Source: Octopus sinensis (taxonomy: Eukaryota). From it: 64,000 nucleotides of DNA. The notes beneath the pieces are model-generated. The model saw only the letters and a list, made by a program, of their open reading frames with translations, ran no database searches and had not been told where the DNA came from. The stretch is from the NCBI RefSeq assembly GCF_006345805.1, contig NC_043004.1, positions 36,146,001 to 36,210,000 of the forward strand, read 5' to 3'. Below are positions 23,896-35,959 of this stretch, in pieces (position 1 is the stretch's first letter; the number at the start of each line of letters is the position of its first letter). The position numbers and the translations under genes are program-made.

Positions 23896-24212
23896 AATAT
23901 ATATATATATGTATATGTATATATATATGTATATATTATGTATATGTATATGTTTATATATATGTATATATATATGTATATATATATGTATAATATATGT
24001 ATATATATATGTATATATATGTATATATATGTAATATATATGTATATATATATGTATATTATATGTATATATATGTATATATATATGTATATATAGATAT
24101 GTATATATATATGTATATATATATGTATAATATATGTATATATGTATGTATATATATGTTATATATATATATATTATATATATATGTATATATATATATG
24201 TATCTATATATG

Positions 24213-24247
<35 letters not shown>

Positions 24248-24945
24248 GTATATATAGATATGTATATATATATGTATATATATATATTATGTATATGTAT
24301 ATGTATATGTATATATATGTATATGTATATATATGTATTGTATATATATGTATATGTATATATATATGTATATGTATATATGTATATATATGTATATGTA
24401 TATATATGTCAATGTATATGTATATATATATGTATATATATATGTATATGTATATATATATGTATTTGTATATATATGTATATATATGTATATGTATATA
24501 TATGTATATGTATATGTATATATATATGTATATGTATATATATGTATATGTCTATATATGTATATGTATATATATGTATATATATGTATATGTATATATA
24601 TATATGTATATATATGTATATGTATATATATGTATATGTATATATGTATATGTATATATATGTATATATATATGTATATATATATATATGTATACTTTGA
24701 TACTTTGATAGGTTTCGGCCATTATTGGCCCAGGCCATGTCTAACTTAATAGCACCACCTGTATATATATGTATATGTATATATATATGTATATATATAT
24801 ATATGTATATGTATATATATATGTATATGTATATATATATGTATATGTATATATATGTATATATGTATATGTATATATGTATATGTGTATATATATATAT
24901 GTATATGTATATATGTATATGTATATATATATGTATATATATATG

Positions 24946-24988
<43 letters not shown>

Positions 24989-24990
24989 CT
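23896..24990. repeat. ~1.1-kb degenerate (TA)n/(TATATG)n microsatellite
   Basis: Seen directly; source of many spurious IY-rich ORFs. Confidence 0.97.
24693..24761 (-). mobile_element. Ultra-short 3' terminal copy of the 20941-22790 LINE family
   Basis: 32/32 identity (24730-24761 vs 20984-21015), followed by a stem-loop, GAAAC and a (TCAAAGTA)2 tail. Confidence 0.85.
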
Positions 24991-25341
24991 CTGGCCGTTT
25001 GCCAGCTCTGTCTGGCCCCCGTGTCGCTGGCACGTAAAAGCACCATCCGTTTGTGTCCGTTGCCAGCATCGCCTGGCCCCGTGCCGGTGACACGTAAAAG
25101 CACCATCCGTTCGTGGCCATTTGCCAGCTCTGTCTGGCACCTGTGCGGGTGGCACGTAAAAAGCACCCACTACACTCATGGAGTGGTTGGCGTTAGGAAG
25201 GGCATCCAGCCGTAGAAACACTGCCGGATCTGACTGGGCCTGACGAAGCCTTCCAGCTTCACAGACCCAGTTGAACCATCCAACCCATGCTAGCATGGAA
25301 TGCTAACGCTAAATGATGATGATGATGATGATGATGATGAT
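24988..25341 (+). mobile_element. Family D SINE-like repeat with ~61-bp hairpin units
   Basis: Units at 25021, 25081 and 25143, then the conserved body and (GAT)n. Confidence 0.88.
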
Positions 25342-26738
25342 GTATATATATGTATATATATATATATATACATAGAGAGAGAGAGAGAAAGAGAGACAGA
25401 GTGCTGTAACTTAAGTTATTCTTCAGTGAGTGAGTATATAGTGGTACAATTTATTAAGCACACCTTGAAAATATGACTGAATACCAAACCTCACATGTTT
25501 AACAACATTAATGTCAGCATAAATATGTGTGCACACTCTCCCTCTCTCTCCCCCTTTCTCTTTTCCTGCTCTTTCACTCTCTCCCTTTCTCTCTCTCTCC
25601 CACTCTCTGTTCAGTCATCCATGCATTTATTTACACACATGTGTGTGTGTGTGTGTGGATATATGTGCATACCTGTGAGCAGTGAAAGCAATAGAAAAAT
25701 GAAGATGGAGGGAAAGTAGGTTGGGTGGTGAGGGAGGTGGTGTTGATAGGGGTGATGTTGGTGGTGGTGGTGATGGTGGTTGTGGTAGTGGTGGTGGTAG
25801 AGGTGCTGGTGTAGAGTCCATAGTAATATTTATGAAATATATTCACAGATTAAAACATGGACTTTACATTACATAGATGAATAAACTCAGGAATGAAAAG
25901 CCTGGTGAGTCAGTCGAGCAGCACCTTGCCCATGTTTCCCTGGGAAAACATATACACAAAAATACTGTTTAAAACCAAACTTGCAATAACGTATCAACTA
26001 CAAATACTAAGATGATGATGTCGACAATGACGGCGACCACCACCACCAACACCAACATCTCCACTATTTCAATTACAGTTTCTGCTGTTGATATCATATG
26101 ACTAACCCCTCCCTCACCACTAACAAACTATCTCAATCATCCAATCTGGTCTGTAACTCATTCCTCATCTTTTAAACTGATGCCTTATTTCTCAACAGAA
26201 GGGAAGTCCAGAACGGTTTTCGATCGATCTCTATTCAGCAATTCTTTTACCCAATAACGTTTTCCGATGACGCTCAGCTTATATTTATGCTTCAGTACCA
26301 TTTTATATAACTCAGCCCATTCAATAGGTTTTTGGCATTCTTCGAGATTGCTAATGTTAAGCATGTGGGAAATGTTGATTCATTATTTTCATTTTTATTC
26401 TTATCGTGTTTTATTTTTGAGGTTTTTCCATTTTTTTTTTTTGTGATACAGAATGATGTTACTTCGATATTTGATGCTTTTGGCAAATCTCGACATGTGA
26501 CTATTTTTCCAGCTAAATAATATCGCATGAGAGGAGAAGAATAAAACAAAAGAAAGAAAGAGAGAAGGAAAACGGAAAACTGCTAAAAAGGAAAAACTGT
26601 TTTGACACCACCATCCTTCCTTTCTTACACTAAATAGTGTCGGAATAATTTTATCCTACAATTATTTTTGATTGATCTAAGCAATGAACAAATACATGAG
26701 GGACCAGTAATAGATAAATTATTATGCACTCATCCTTA

Positions 26739-26779
<41 letters not shown>

Positions 26780-26813
26780 ATGAATATGCATGTATATATA
26801 TATATACATGTAT

Positions 26814-26858
<45 letters not shown>

Positions 26859-27384
26859 TATATATATGTATAAGTATATATATGTGTGTGTGTGTGTGTT
26901 TGTAATAGTATATATATATACATGTATATATATGCATGAGTATATATATATGTGTGTGTGTATGTGTATATGTAAATATGTGTGAGTAAACACATATGTA
27001 CATGCACAAACATATACATATATATATACATATTTGGATGTATATGTAGATGTGTATGTATGTATATATACACCTAGTGAGAGAGAGAGAAGAAGAGCAA
27101 GAGAGAATGACAGGTAGATAAGTAAATGTATACACAAATAAATAAGAGGTACAAAGAAAGTCTTACATGCATAATTAAATAAACAACACGCACACATGTA
27201 TACACACATATATATATTCATATATATATACACACACACATATATGTACATACATGTATATATATATATATTCATATATACACACATACAAACGCATACA
27301 CACACACTCACACACACACATATATACATATATATATTCATATCTATATACACACACATATATGTGTATATATATGCACACATA

Positions 27385-27600
27385 TGTATATATCATCATC
27401 ATCATCATCATCACCATCATCGTTTAACGTCCACTTTTTATGCTGGCATGGATTGGGTGGTTTGACTGAGGACTGGCGAGCCAGAAGGTTGCACCAGGCT
27501 CCAATCAGATTTGGCAAGGTTTCTATAACTAGATGCCCTTCCTCATGCCAATCACTCCAAGAATGTAGTGGGTGCTTTTTATGTGCCACCAGCATGGGGA
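27385..27600 (-). mobile_element. Family D SINE-like repeat
   Basis: (CAT)n followed by TTTAACGTCC..ATGCTGGCATGG..GATGCCCTTCCT..GGGTGCTTTTTATGTGCC. Confidence 0.8.
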
Positions 27601-27606
27601 CCCAAT

Positions 27607-27672
<66 letters not shown>

Positions 27673-29169
27673 TTATATATACACACACACTCACAAACAC
27701 AAACATATGCACATATACAAACAGTCACATACATGCATAAACATATATATGTGATATCATCATCTTCATCATCATTTAACATGCATTTCCCTTGTTGGCA
27801 TGAGTTAGACAATTTGATACAATCCGATGAACCACAGAGCTGCAGCAGGCTTCAGTGTTGGCTTTGACATGGTCTCTATGGTTGGATGTAGTCCTAGGTT
27901 TGACTTTAACGCCTCATCCAGTCGTGGGGCCCTCATTTGGGAGTTCAAAGTTTTCAGAAGTGTGGAACCACCTCTTAGCCACTATGACTCCCTGACCTAC
28001 TCTGATCCAGAGTAGTGGCCATTGTCAGGGTTCCTTCTATGAGTTAATTAGCATGTTATGACTTGTCTACCTTTGCATGTGAAGACTAAATCCTGCAGAC
28101 TCTGCAAAAGGATCTTTCACAGTTCAGTAGAAGGGAAGGTAGTAGCAGCTGCACATGGTGCAGTGCAGAGAGCAAGATAAGGCAAGTAAAATATGTTGGT
28201 CTCTTATAGCATCCATCTTTATCCTTGGCTGTCCTTGATCTGGTCTTGCCGATGGATTAAATATGGTCATGGATGAGAGAATGAGGTTGATGGTGAGCAA
28301 CTCTTTCTCACTTTAAACAGTTGCAGCATAAGTCATCAGTCTTTCTTAACGATAACTATAGAGTCCCTGTTGCTCTGAAGATGAACATCTCTCTGTATGG
28401 TTTGATGTCCAGCCCTATGCCAACCACTTTGCTGTGTGTGCTGGGTGCTGCTTGTGTGATCTGACGCTAGGGAGCGGGGATGTATCTGGGAGACAGGGAG
28501 ATGGCTTAATGCCAGGTGCTGAAGGTTAAAGCATGAAAGAGGGACAAGCACAAGTATCTTGCTATAGAAAAGAGACATGGTTTCTTTGCCTTATGCAAAG
28601 GTTGGGTAAGAGCAGCTGGGACGGAGATAAAGATGGTGGTGACAAGTACAAGAGGATGACTGTAAGGAGAGTACAGACTGTAGATCATGGGAAGGGAGAG
28701 GGTAGTGGGTACTTTCATAAGAGAGTAAAAGGAACAATAACACCGGCTATTGGTCCATGATAAACTGCTTTGATGATCGATGTTACTATTGTCTTGTATG
28801 TGTATGTATGTATGTATGTATGTATGTATGTATGTATGTATGTGGTGTGTGTGTGTGTGTGTGTGTGTTGTTTGTGTGTGTATGTTCTCTTCTGCTTTTA
28901 ATTATTTAAATTCTTCCTCTGAGGAAGGAGCTGGTTTCTAACAAAGATACAGAGTTCTGTCTGTGAAATGTAGATATCAAAAACAATGTCACATTTTAAA
29001 TTTGAGGGAAGTCTTGAATATTTTTACTGTTCCACTTAGAGATTATATTTGTGTTGTATGACTCGGTTGGTTTCTTTTTCTGAAAATCCTAGCTTACCCA
29101 AACTGTAAGTTAGGCATAGAGTGAGAGGTTGCAGACAGACAAACAGATTAATAAATTTTGGAAGATGGG

Positions 29170-29345
29170 AATTTGTCTGTCATATCGACCCTGCTACATG
29201 ACAGCCATTTAATTTTATTGTGACAAAAGGATGAAAGGCAAAGTTGATCTTGGCCAGATTTGAACTCAGGATCTAAAGAGTTGGAAGAAATGGCATCAAG
29301 TATTTTATTCAGCATGCTAATGATTCTGGAAATCCTCTACCCTTG
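29170..29345 (-). mobile_element. Decayed family C SINE
   Basis: AAAAGGATGAAAGGCAAAGTTGA..TTTGAACTCAG. Confidence 0.65.
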
Positions 29346-29348
29346 AGC

Positions 29349-29615
29349 ATCATCATCATCATCATCGTTTAACATCCATTTTCCATGCTAGCATGGGTTG
29401 GACGGTTTGACTGGGGTCTGGGAAGCCAGAAGGCTGCACCAGGCTCCAGCCTGATCTGCCAGTGTTTCTACAGCTGGATGCCCTTCCTAACGCCAACCAC
29501 TCCATGAGTGCAGTGGGTTCTTTTTACGTGCCACCGGCAAGGAAGCCAGTCAAGGCGGCACTGGCATTGGCCACATTTGGATGGTGCTTTTTATGTGCCA
29601 CTGGCACAGGTATCA
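29349..29615 (-). mobile_element. Family D SINE-like repeat
   Basis: Conserved body plus two hairpin units. Confidence 0.85.
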
Positions 29616-30437
29616 CAACAACAATTTTTATTGAGTAGCATAGGTAAAAGTTTATGTCAAAACTCAGCACCACAACCAATGTCACCAAAACAGTCGAGGC
29701 AGATTAGTGCACCAAATTGGAAATTATACCTGTATTATACCTGTATTAGTAATTAAAACAGATTATCATTGTCTAGACTAATAACAGTCAAATTTATTGA
29801 TATCCTCATAAAATATTTTAGTTTTACAAGCTGTCATAAAATCTGAAAAGAAGAGACTTCATTTTTGTTTGCTATTTATTTTAGATATTTCTGCAGAAAT
29901 TTTAGTTTGTTTCATATCATAAATATAGATTGAATAAAAAGTTATATGGATTTTTCTGTTAATTGGTGGTTTCATGTTTTTATGATGGATCTATACATGA
30001 AATAATTTATGTAAGAAGTCTATATTAGTTATGTATATAGATGGAAGTGTATAGTTTATCAAATAATATGTATGAATAAGTATATTTTTGCATATATATA
30101 TATACATTTCAAATTTTAAATTGAATTGTTAAAAAAGAAAATCTAAAATAATATATGTTTAAAATAATTAGTTTATTAAGCAAAAAGACTATATTTATAT
30201 AATGCAGAGATGTGTTGAAAAAATGGATGTTTCAGATAGTGCAATTTATATAAGTGCACAGAAGTAATCAATATATATATACACACACACCTATACCATT
30301 CTTGTAGATTACTGCAATCATCCGAGTGTAAGATATGTTTGTATGTACATGTATATATGTGTGTTTATATGTACACACACTCGCACACATATACCTGTAT
30401 ATACAAACATAGTTCACAATCAGATGATTACAGTAAC

Positions 30438-30575
30438 CTACAAGAAGGAACTGACTGTTTCAAATAATGTTTAGCAAATTCACAATACTGTTTCCTAACA
30501 ACATGAACAGATGTTTCAACTTTTGTTTCTTCAAACCTAACTGGTTGTACTTGTCTGCAAGGCGTATAAATGTTG
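30438..30575 (-). CDS. Candidate host exon (NIYTPCRQVQPVRFEETKVETSVHVVRKQYCEFAKHYLKQSVPSC)
   Basis: Long pyrimidine tract ending cctttag. Phase 2 is compatible with the 30741-30855 exon. The donor (AG|GTTACT) is weak, so the 3' boundary and frame are uncertain. Confidence 0.25.
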
Positions 30576-30740
30576 CTAAAGGTTGGGGAGGATGGAGAAG
30601 TATGTGGAGAAGAAGAAATAAAAGTCATAGAGGAATGAGAAGAGAAAGTATGAGAGCAGAAAAAAAAGGATAAAAGAAAAGTGAGAAAGAAGAACTCAGA
30701 GATAAAAAGGGGGAAAGGGTGGACGTATATCATTGCTTGC

Positions 30741-30855
30741 CTCTGCTGAAATATGTCATGTCTGCTCATTTCCAGAACTTGATCTAAGTGATAAAGGAAG
30801 TCTGAAAAGACTTTCTCTATCACTTTTGGAACAGTGGCTAATGGTGTTCTTGGAA
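30741..30855 (-). CDS. Candidate host exon (PRTPLATVPKVIEKVFSDFLYHLDQVLEMSRHDIFQQ)
   Basis: Acceptor ttcatttctccccag, open frame with protein-like composition, putative GC donor AG|GCAAGC. It resembles, from memory only, a PKxIxKxxSDxxxxLDxxL segment of vertebrate KIAA0825; unverified. Confidence 0.42.
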
Positions 30856-31007
30856 CTGGGGAGAAATGAATTTCTTGGTTGCTCCATACTGGTCTCTTCT
30901 CTCACCTGCTTTTCTGTATTCTCTTCATTTTCTGAGTAAAACCCTCACAAGTAGTTTCTATTACAGCGTATGTAATATACTAACCCTTTTACCCTGAATC
31001 ATCAGGC

Positions 31008-31200
31008 TGCTGGGCGAAATGCTTAGCAGTATTTTGCCGATCACTACATTCTGAGCTGAAATTCTGTTGAGCTCAACTTTGCTTTTCATTCCTTCGGAGT
31101 CAATAAATTAAGTACCAGTTATGCACTGGGGTTGATATAATCGACTTAATCCATTCCCCCATATTTAAGGCCTTGTACTTCCAGCAGAAAGGATTATTAT
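31008..31200 (+). mobile_element. Family C SINE
   Basis: GAAATGCTTAGC..AACTTTGC..AATTAAGTACCAGTT..ACTGGGG and an (ATT)n tail. Confidence 0.75.
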
Positions 31201-31212
31201 TATTATCATTAT

Positions 31213-31256
<44 letters not shown>

Positions 31257-31266
31257 TTATTATTAT

Positions 31267-31470
31267 CGTTAGTGTGCTGGGTAAAATGCTTTACAGCCTT
31301 TCTTCCCGCCTTACATTCTAAGTTCAAATTTTGCCGAGGCTGACTTTGCCTTTCATCCTTTCAGGGTTGATAAAGTAAGTACCAATTGAGTACTGGGGTT
31401 GATGTAGTCAATTTATCGCCTTCTCCAAATTTCAGGCCTTGTGCCCATAGTAGAAAGGATTATTATTATA
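31267..31470 (+). mobile_element. Family C SINE (tandem neighbour)
   Basis: Same motifs as 31008-31200. Confidence 0.75.
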
Positions 31471-31507
31471 AGTAGTAAGAAAAAGATTGGTACAAATGTA
31501 AAGAAAG

Positions 31508-32106
31508 TCCTTTGTGAGCCACTCTCTGGCTATCTATCTGCGGCTTTATATAGCTATGATACGACCTCACCTGGAATTTGCATCACCGGTCTGGAACCCC
31601 CATCTTGCCCAGGATATTAATCGTATGGAAGATGTTCAGCGACGTGCAACCAAGAGAATACCCTCCATCAGGCATTTGCCATATTCTGAACGTCTTACTT
31701 CCTTGGGCATGGACACATTGAAACTCTGACATCTGGCTGCTGACTCGGCAGACACCTATAAAATTATTAACCATCTTACAAACAATAACTTTTCAAACTC
31801 CACCTGTCTAACACCCGTGGACATGTTTACAAAGTCAGAAAACAGCACAGCTCCCATGAAGCATGGAACAAACTGCCGGTATCAGTTGTTAGTTGTCGGA
31901 GCACTGCCTCCTTCAAAACTTCCGTGCTTCCGGAGATTCGCCAACACTACACCTGATTTTCTCCCCTCCATACACACGCAAGCATATATCTGATTCATAC
32001 ACTGTTCACTTCCCAGACATTTGTACATTACTACATATACTTTATACACACTTTTGATAAGTTGTGGTGCACCTGAGCACTGTATACAATAATTTCATTA
32101 TCATTA
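31508..32106 (+). pseudogene. Short decayed 3' copy of the 9282-12060 LINE family
   Basis: LAIYLRLYIAMIRPHLEFASPVWNPHLAQDINRMEDVQRRATKRIPSIRHLPYSERL, then a stop and deletions. Same 3' hairpin at 32066-32081 and an ATT-like tail. Confidence 0.92.
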
Positions 32107-32270
32107 TAGAACATCTAGAAAAATCATCATTGTTTGGAACTGAAAGAGTTCTCCACAGGGTTCTTGAAGCATGACCAGTAAACAAGTGTCACCTTAGTCT
32201 GCTGGTTGTGGACAGCTGACACTTTCCATCATACCCAGCAAAATAAGCTGTGAGTTTTCATATATTAATA
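32101..32270 (+). pseudogene. R4/Dong-like LINE extreme 3' fragment
   Basis: Encodes IIIEHLEKSSLFGTERVLHRVLEA*, the typical C-terminal end, then UTR and TAAT repeats. Confidence 0.55.
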
Positions 32271-32985
32271 ATGATAATGTCACTGTTGATTAAAATGGTA
32301 TTAGGTGAATAAAAAGATATTTGAATTAAAATTAAGAATCTAAAATTGTAATTAAAAAATAGTATAAATGAATAATATTAAATATTCGGCACTGGAGTGG
32401 TTGGAGTGCTGTAGGGTGGACTTGGGGAGGGTTTTTGTTTAACATGTGTTACTGTGTGTCCTACAAGACAGTAGCAAATGATGAGGTGTTGGGAGAACAC
32501 CGAAGGTCAGCTTGCAAGTGCATGGCTTGCTAAGCAGATCAAGGGAGATAAATGAAGAAACATTGGAAGAATTAATGTTAAAATCAATTTATTAAGGAAT
32601 TATGGCAAAGGATACGTCATATGCACTGAAGCCATTATGGTGTTTAAGAATGTTGATAAATGACTGCAACTTATTTAAATGTATATATTCATTAAAGGCC
32701 AAGAACTATTAATGAAGGTTGAGAAATAATTATTCGGAATTTTATAAAAATTAGTAAAAATTGATTGATTTGTGCAGTGTAAGGAAGAGGGATATTGGAT
32801 GGATGATGAAAATAGAACAACATAGGGGTTAGGGTATGTGGGTGGAATGAAGATGGAAGATGGGTCTGGACAGTCCATGATTGAGGGATAGAGTTATACA
32901 GGAAAAAAATGGTGTGGAGAAATAGGGTAGGAAGAATGGGGGATAATGTCAATAATAATGATGATGATGATGGATGATGATGATG

Positions 32986-33019
<34 letters not shown>

Positions 33020-33022
<3 letters not shown>

Positions 33023-33212
33023 TTTCAAATTTTGGCACTGGGCTAGGAAAATACAAGGAGGGGGATAAATCGATTGCATAGACCCCAGTATTCAACTGGT
33101 ACTTATTTTGTTGACCCCAAAAGGATGAAAGACAAAGTTGACCTCATCAGAATGACAAAATACCACTAAGCATTTTGCTCAGTCTGTTAACAATTCTGCC
33201 AGCTCACTACCT
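33020..33212 (-). mobile_element. Family C SINE next to (AAT)n
   Basis: CCCCAGTATTCAACTGGTACTTATTTT..GGATGAAAGACAAAGTTGACC. Confidence 0.75.
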
Positions 33213-33230
33213 TAATAATAATAATAATAA

Positions 33231-33540
33231 TAAATGTGGAAGCTTAGTACTGCAATAATGCCAGTAGTAATTGGTGTGTCAGGAATGATAAAGAAAGGAG
33301 CTGAGAAGTATATTAAGCAACTCCCTGGTAACTCCAATCTCCATGAACTACAGAAGATAACCTTGATGGGTAGGGCCCATATACTATGGAATGCACTCTC
33401 CATCTAAAATGGAATAAACGTGGTGATAATTTTAGCATACATAGCAAAACAAAAGTTCCCTTGCTTCTCTTGGCCTTCAGAGGATGCCCGGTACTAAGGC
33501 AGCTGAAATAAAGTTATAATGAAAGGAAACCATAAATATT
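33231..33540 (+). pseudogene. R4/Dong-like LINE 3' fragment bounded by (TAA)n
   Basis: MWKLSTAIMPVVIGVSGMIKKGAEKYIKQLPGNSNLHELQKITLMGRAHIL. Confidence 0.75.
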
Positions 33541-33562
33541 AATAATAATAATAATAATAATA

Positions 33563-35303
33563 AAGATCAGCTGCTCATCAATAAGATGATCTTGAAAGAT
33601 TGTCACAAACAAGAACTTGTCGATAGTCTGGATAGACTATATAAAAATAAAGCTTTTAATAGTCTACCATACATCTGGATTAAGAAATGTCTGGAAATGT
33701 ATAAAATAGCACCTACTTTGCAAAACTTCTTATTTGTACGTATGAGATCATGGAGAACCACACTGACAATGAATTCCTCAATGCTGGAATGTAAGAATTT
33801 CATGTGGCAGTTTCCAGGGTGACTCTCTATCACCACCTCTCTTTTGTCTAGCCTTAATACATCCCTCGAAATTACTCAATGATGTACAATATAGCTATAA
33901 AATTTTTGGTAAAAATATAAATCCTTTTATTTACATGGATGATTGAAAGCTCTTTGCAAAAAATAACCAACAACTACAAGGCTTACTAGCAATTGTTAAA
34001 CAGTTCAGTGATGACATCAGGATGAAATTTGGCCTCGGTAAATGTGCAAAAGCTACATTTTCAGAGGGAAAATGATAGAAACATCCAACATTAATTTTGA
34101 CCAACAGAATGTCATAAAGAAGTTAGAACCAGCGGGGAGCTACAAATACCTAGGAGTATTTGAAAGTGATGGAATCAAACAATCGATGAGGGAAAAGATC
34201 AGAAAAAATGTTATCGCAAGGTAAGAGCAATACTCAAGACAGAGCTGAATGCAAGAAACAGGATCGAAGCGATCAATACTTTAGTCATACCAGTCGTGAC
34301 TTACAGTTTCAATATCATTAACTGGTCAATTACTGTAATATATAATCTTGACAGAAAAATACGAAAATTCTTGACAATGCATAGAATGTACCACCCTAAG
34401 GTAGATACAGAACAGCATTACCTGCCATGAAAAGAGGGTGGCCGTGGACTTTTATAACCGGAATTAACAATGAAGATTGCCACAATTGGCCTAAACACCT
34501 ACCTGAAAAACTCTGAGGGCTGGATGTTAAAACTTGTCTTAATGCATGAAAACAAGAATACTTCATACTCACTAACAAAACAGGCAAAAGAAACATCTAA
34601 GTGAAGTCCAAATACATCAAATCCCAGAATTAGACTTACTGGAAACAAGCACTTAAAAATCTAAGCATATGAAAACCTGTGCTAAAATTGCTGCCTTAGA
34701 TATTCTTACTGATAAATGGCAAGAGAAATCTCTTAATAGCAAATACCCAAAGAAAGTTAATAGTGCTGATGTTGACAATGCCCTTACCCATCAATAGTTA
34801 GTGTCTCCTGGCTTAAAATCAGATACAGAAGCGTTTATCATAGCAGCATAAGAACAATGCCTACAAGGAACTACCAGGCAGTAGCCCATGTCATGTATGT
34901 CAACAACAGAATGAATCAATTGATCATGTTGTCTCCATGTGCAGTCTTCTTGTGCCTACAGAGTATCTCAACAGGCATGATAGAGCTGCACAGTTTATTT
35001 AGTAGGTGACTTGCAAAGACTTGGACCTGCCCCACGATAAAAACTGATAGGAACACAAACCACCTCTGGTGCTTGAAAATGACCACATCTCTCTTCTCTG
35101 GAATTTTACCGTTCAAACTGACAGAAAGATATATGTGAATAGGCCAGATATTATATTGAAGGACTTCAGACAAAAATCATACCTGCTCATCAATATGAAC
35201 TTCACTGTTCAAACTAACAGAAACGTGTGTATTTGTTGTTCATTGAGGTCTCTAGGTGAGACTTGGAGTCAGCTTGTACAAATGCAAAGCAAAAGTCAAA
35301 CAT
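33563..35303 (+). pseudogene. R4/Dong-like LINE: RT, CCHC region and start of RLE endonuclease, decayed
   Basis: KDQLLINKMILKDC, FQGDSLSPPLFCLAL, YMDD, KFGLGKCAK, YKYLG, HPKVDTEQHYLP, LLWNFTVQTDRKIYVNRPDIILKD. Many stops and frameshifts; (TAA)n on both sides. Confidence 0.9.
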
Positions 35304-35357
35304 ATAATAATAATAATAATAATAACAATAATAATAATAATAATAATGATGATGATG

Positions 35358-35822
35358 ATGACTGTCCCAATCGATATAGACGTATCTGTCAAGACCTACC
35401 AAAAACTGAGCAAGTATAAAGATCTTGAAATAGAAATAGCAAAATGTGGAACCTGAAGACTAAAACAATACCTGCTACCATAGGTGCCCTAGGAATGATA
35501 GCAAAAGAGGCTGATTCCTAACTAGCTCAGATACCAGGAAACCCCAAAATGGCAGAAATTCAAAAGATAGAGCTCCTGGGAACTGCCCATATCCTATGTA
35601 AAATACTGTCTATGTAAACCCAAATTTTAAAGCAAACTCATAATTTTCTTATGGTTTCTTAAATATTCTCTAGAACAATACAACATACAAAACCAAATAT
35701 ATGGCACCCTAGGCATAACACCAACATGAACTTCTGACTTGTTGTCTCTTGAGGTCTTTAGGTGAGACTTGGAGCGAACTTGTACAAATGCAAAGCAAAA
35801 TTCAAACTTAAAATAATAATAA
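35358..35822 (+). pseudogene. R4/Dong-like LINE RLE C-terminus and 3' UTR
   Basis: MTVPIDIDVSVKTYQKLSKYKDLEIEIAK..IGALGMI..GTAHIL. The 3' UTR end (GAGGTCT.TAGGTGAGACTTGGAG..GTACAAATGCAAAGCAAAA) is repeated at 35243-35295. Ends in (TAA)n. Confidence 0.88.
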
Positions 35823-35959
35823 TCTTTTCTGTATTGGCCACAGGGGCTCAAAGAGATACAATAAAATACAATGTACACTGGACAGAGATGTGCGTGAGGT
35901 GGGACAGGCAATTTATATAATGATAAGGGACAAGGTTAGAAGATATATGAGTAAGATAT

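Noticed and set aside
23896-25000. Many long IY/YI/HT/CV-rich ORFs here and at 3.3-3.8, 26.6-27.7, 39.8-40.4, 42.5-43.1 and 44.8-46.2 kb
   Set aside because: They are translations of (TA)n, (CA)n and (TATG)n microsatellites, open on both strands and in several frames.
27860-28780. Moderately GC-rich segment that might be a LINE 5' UTR or a tyrosine-recombinase element
   Set aside because: No diagnostic motif could be read in any frame.
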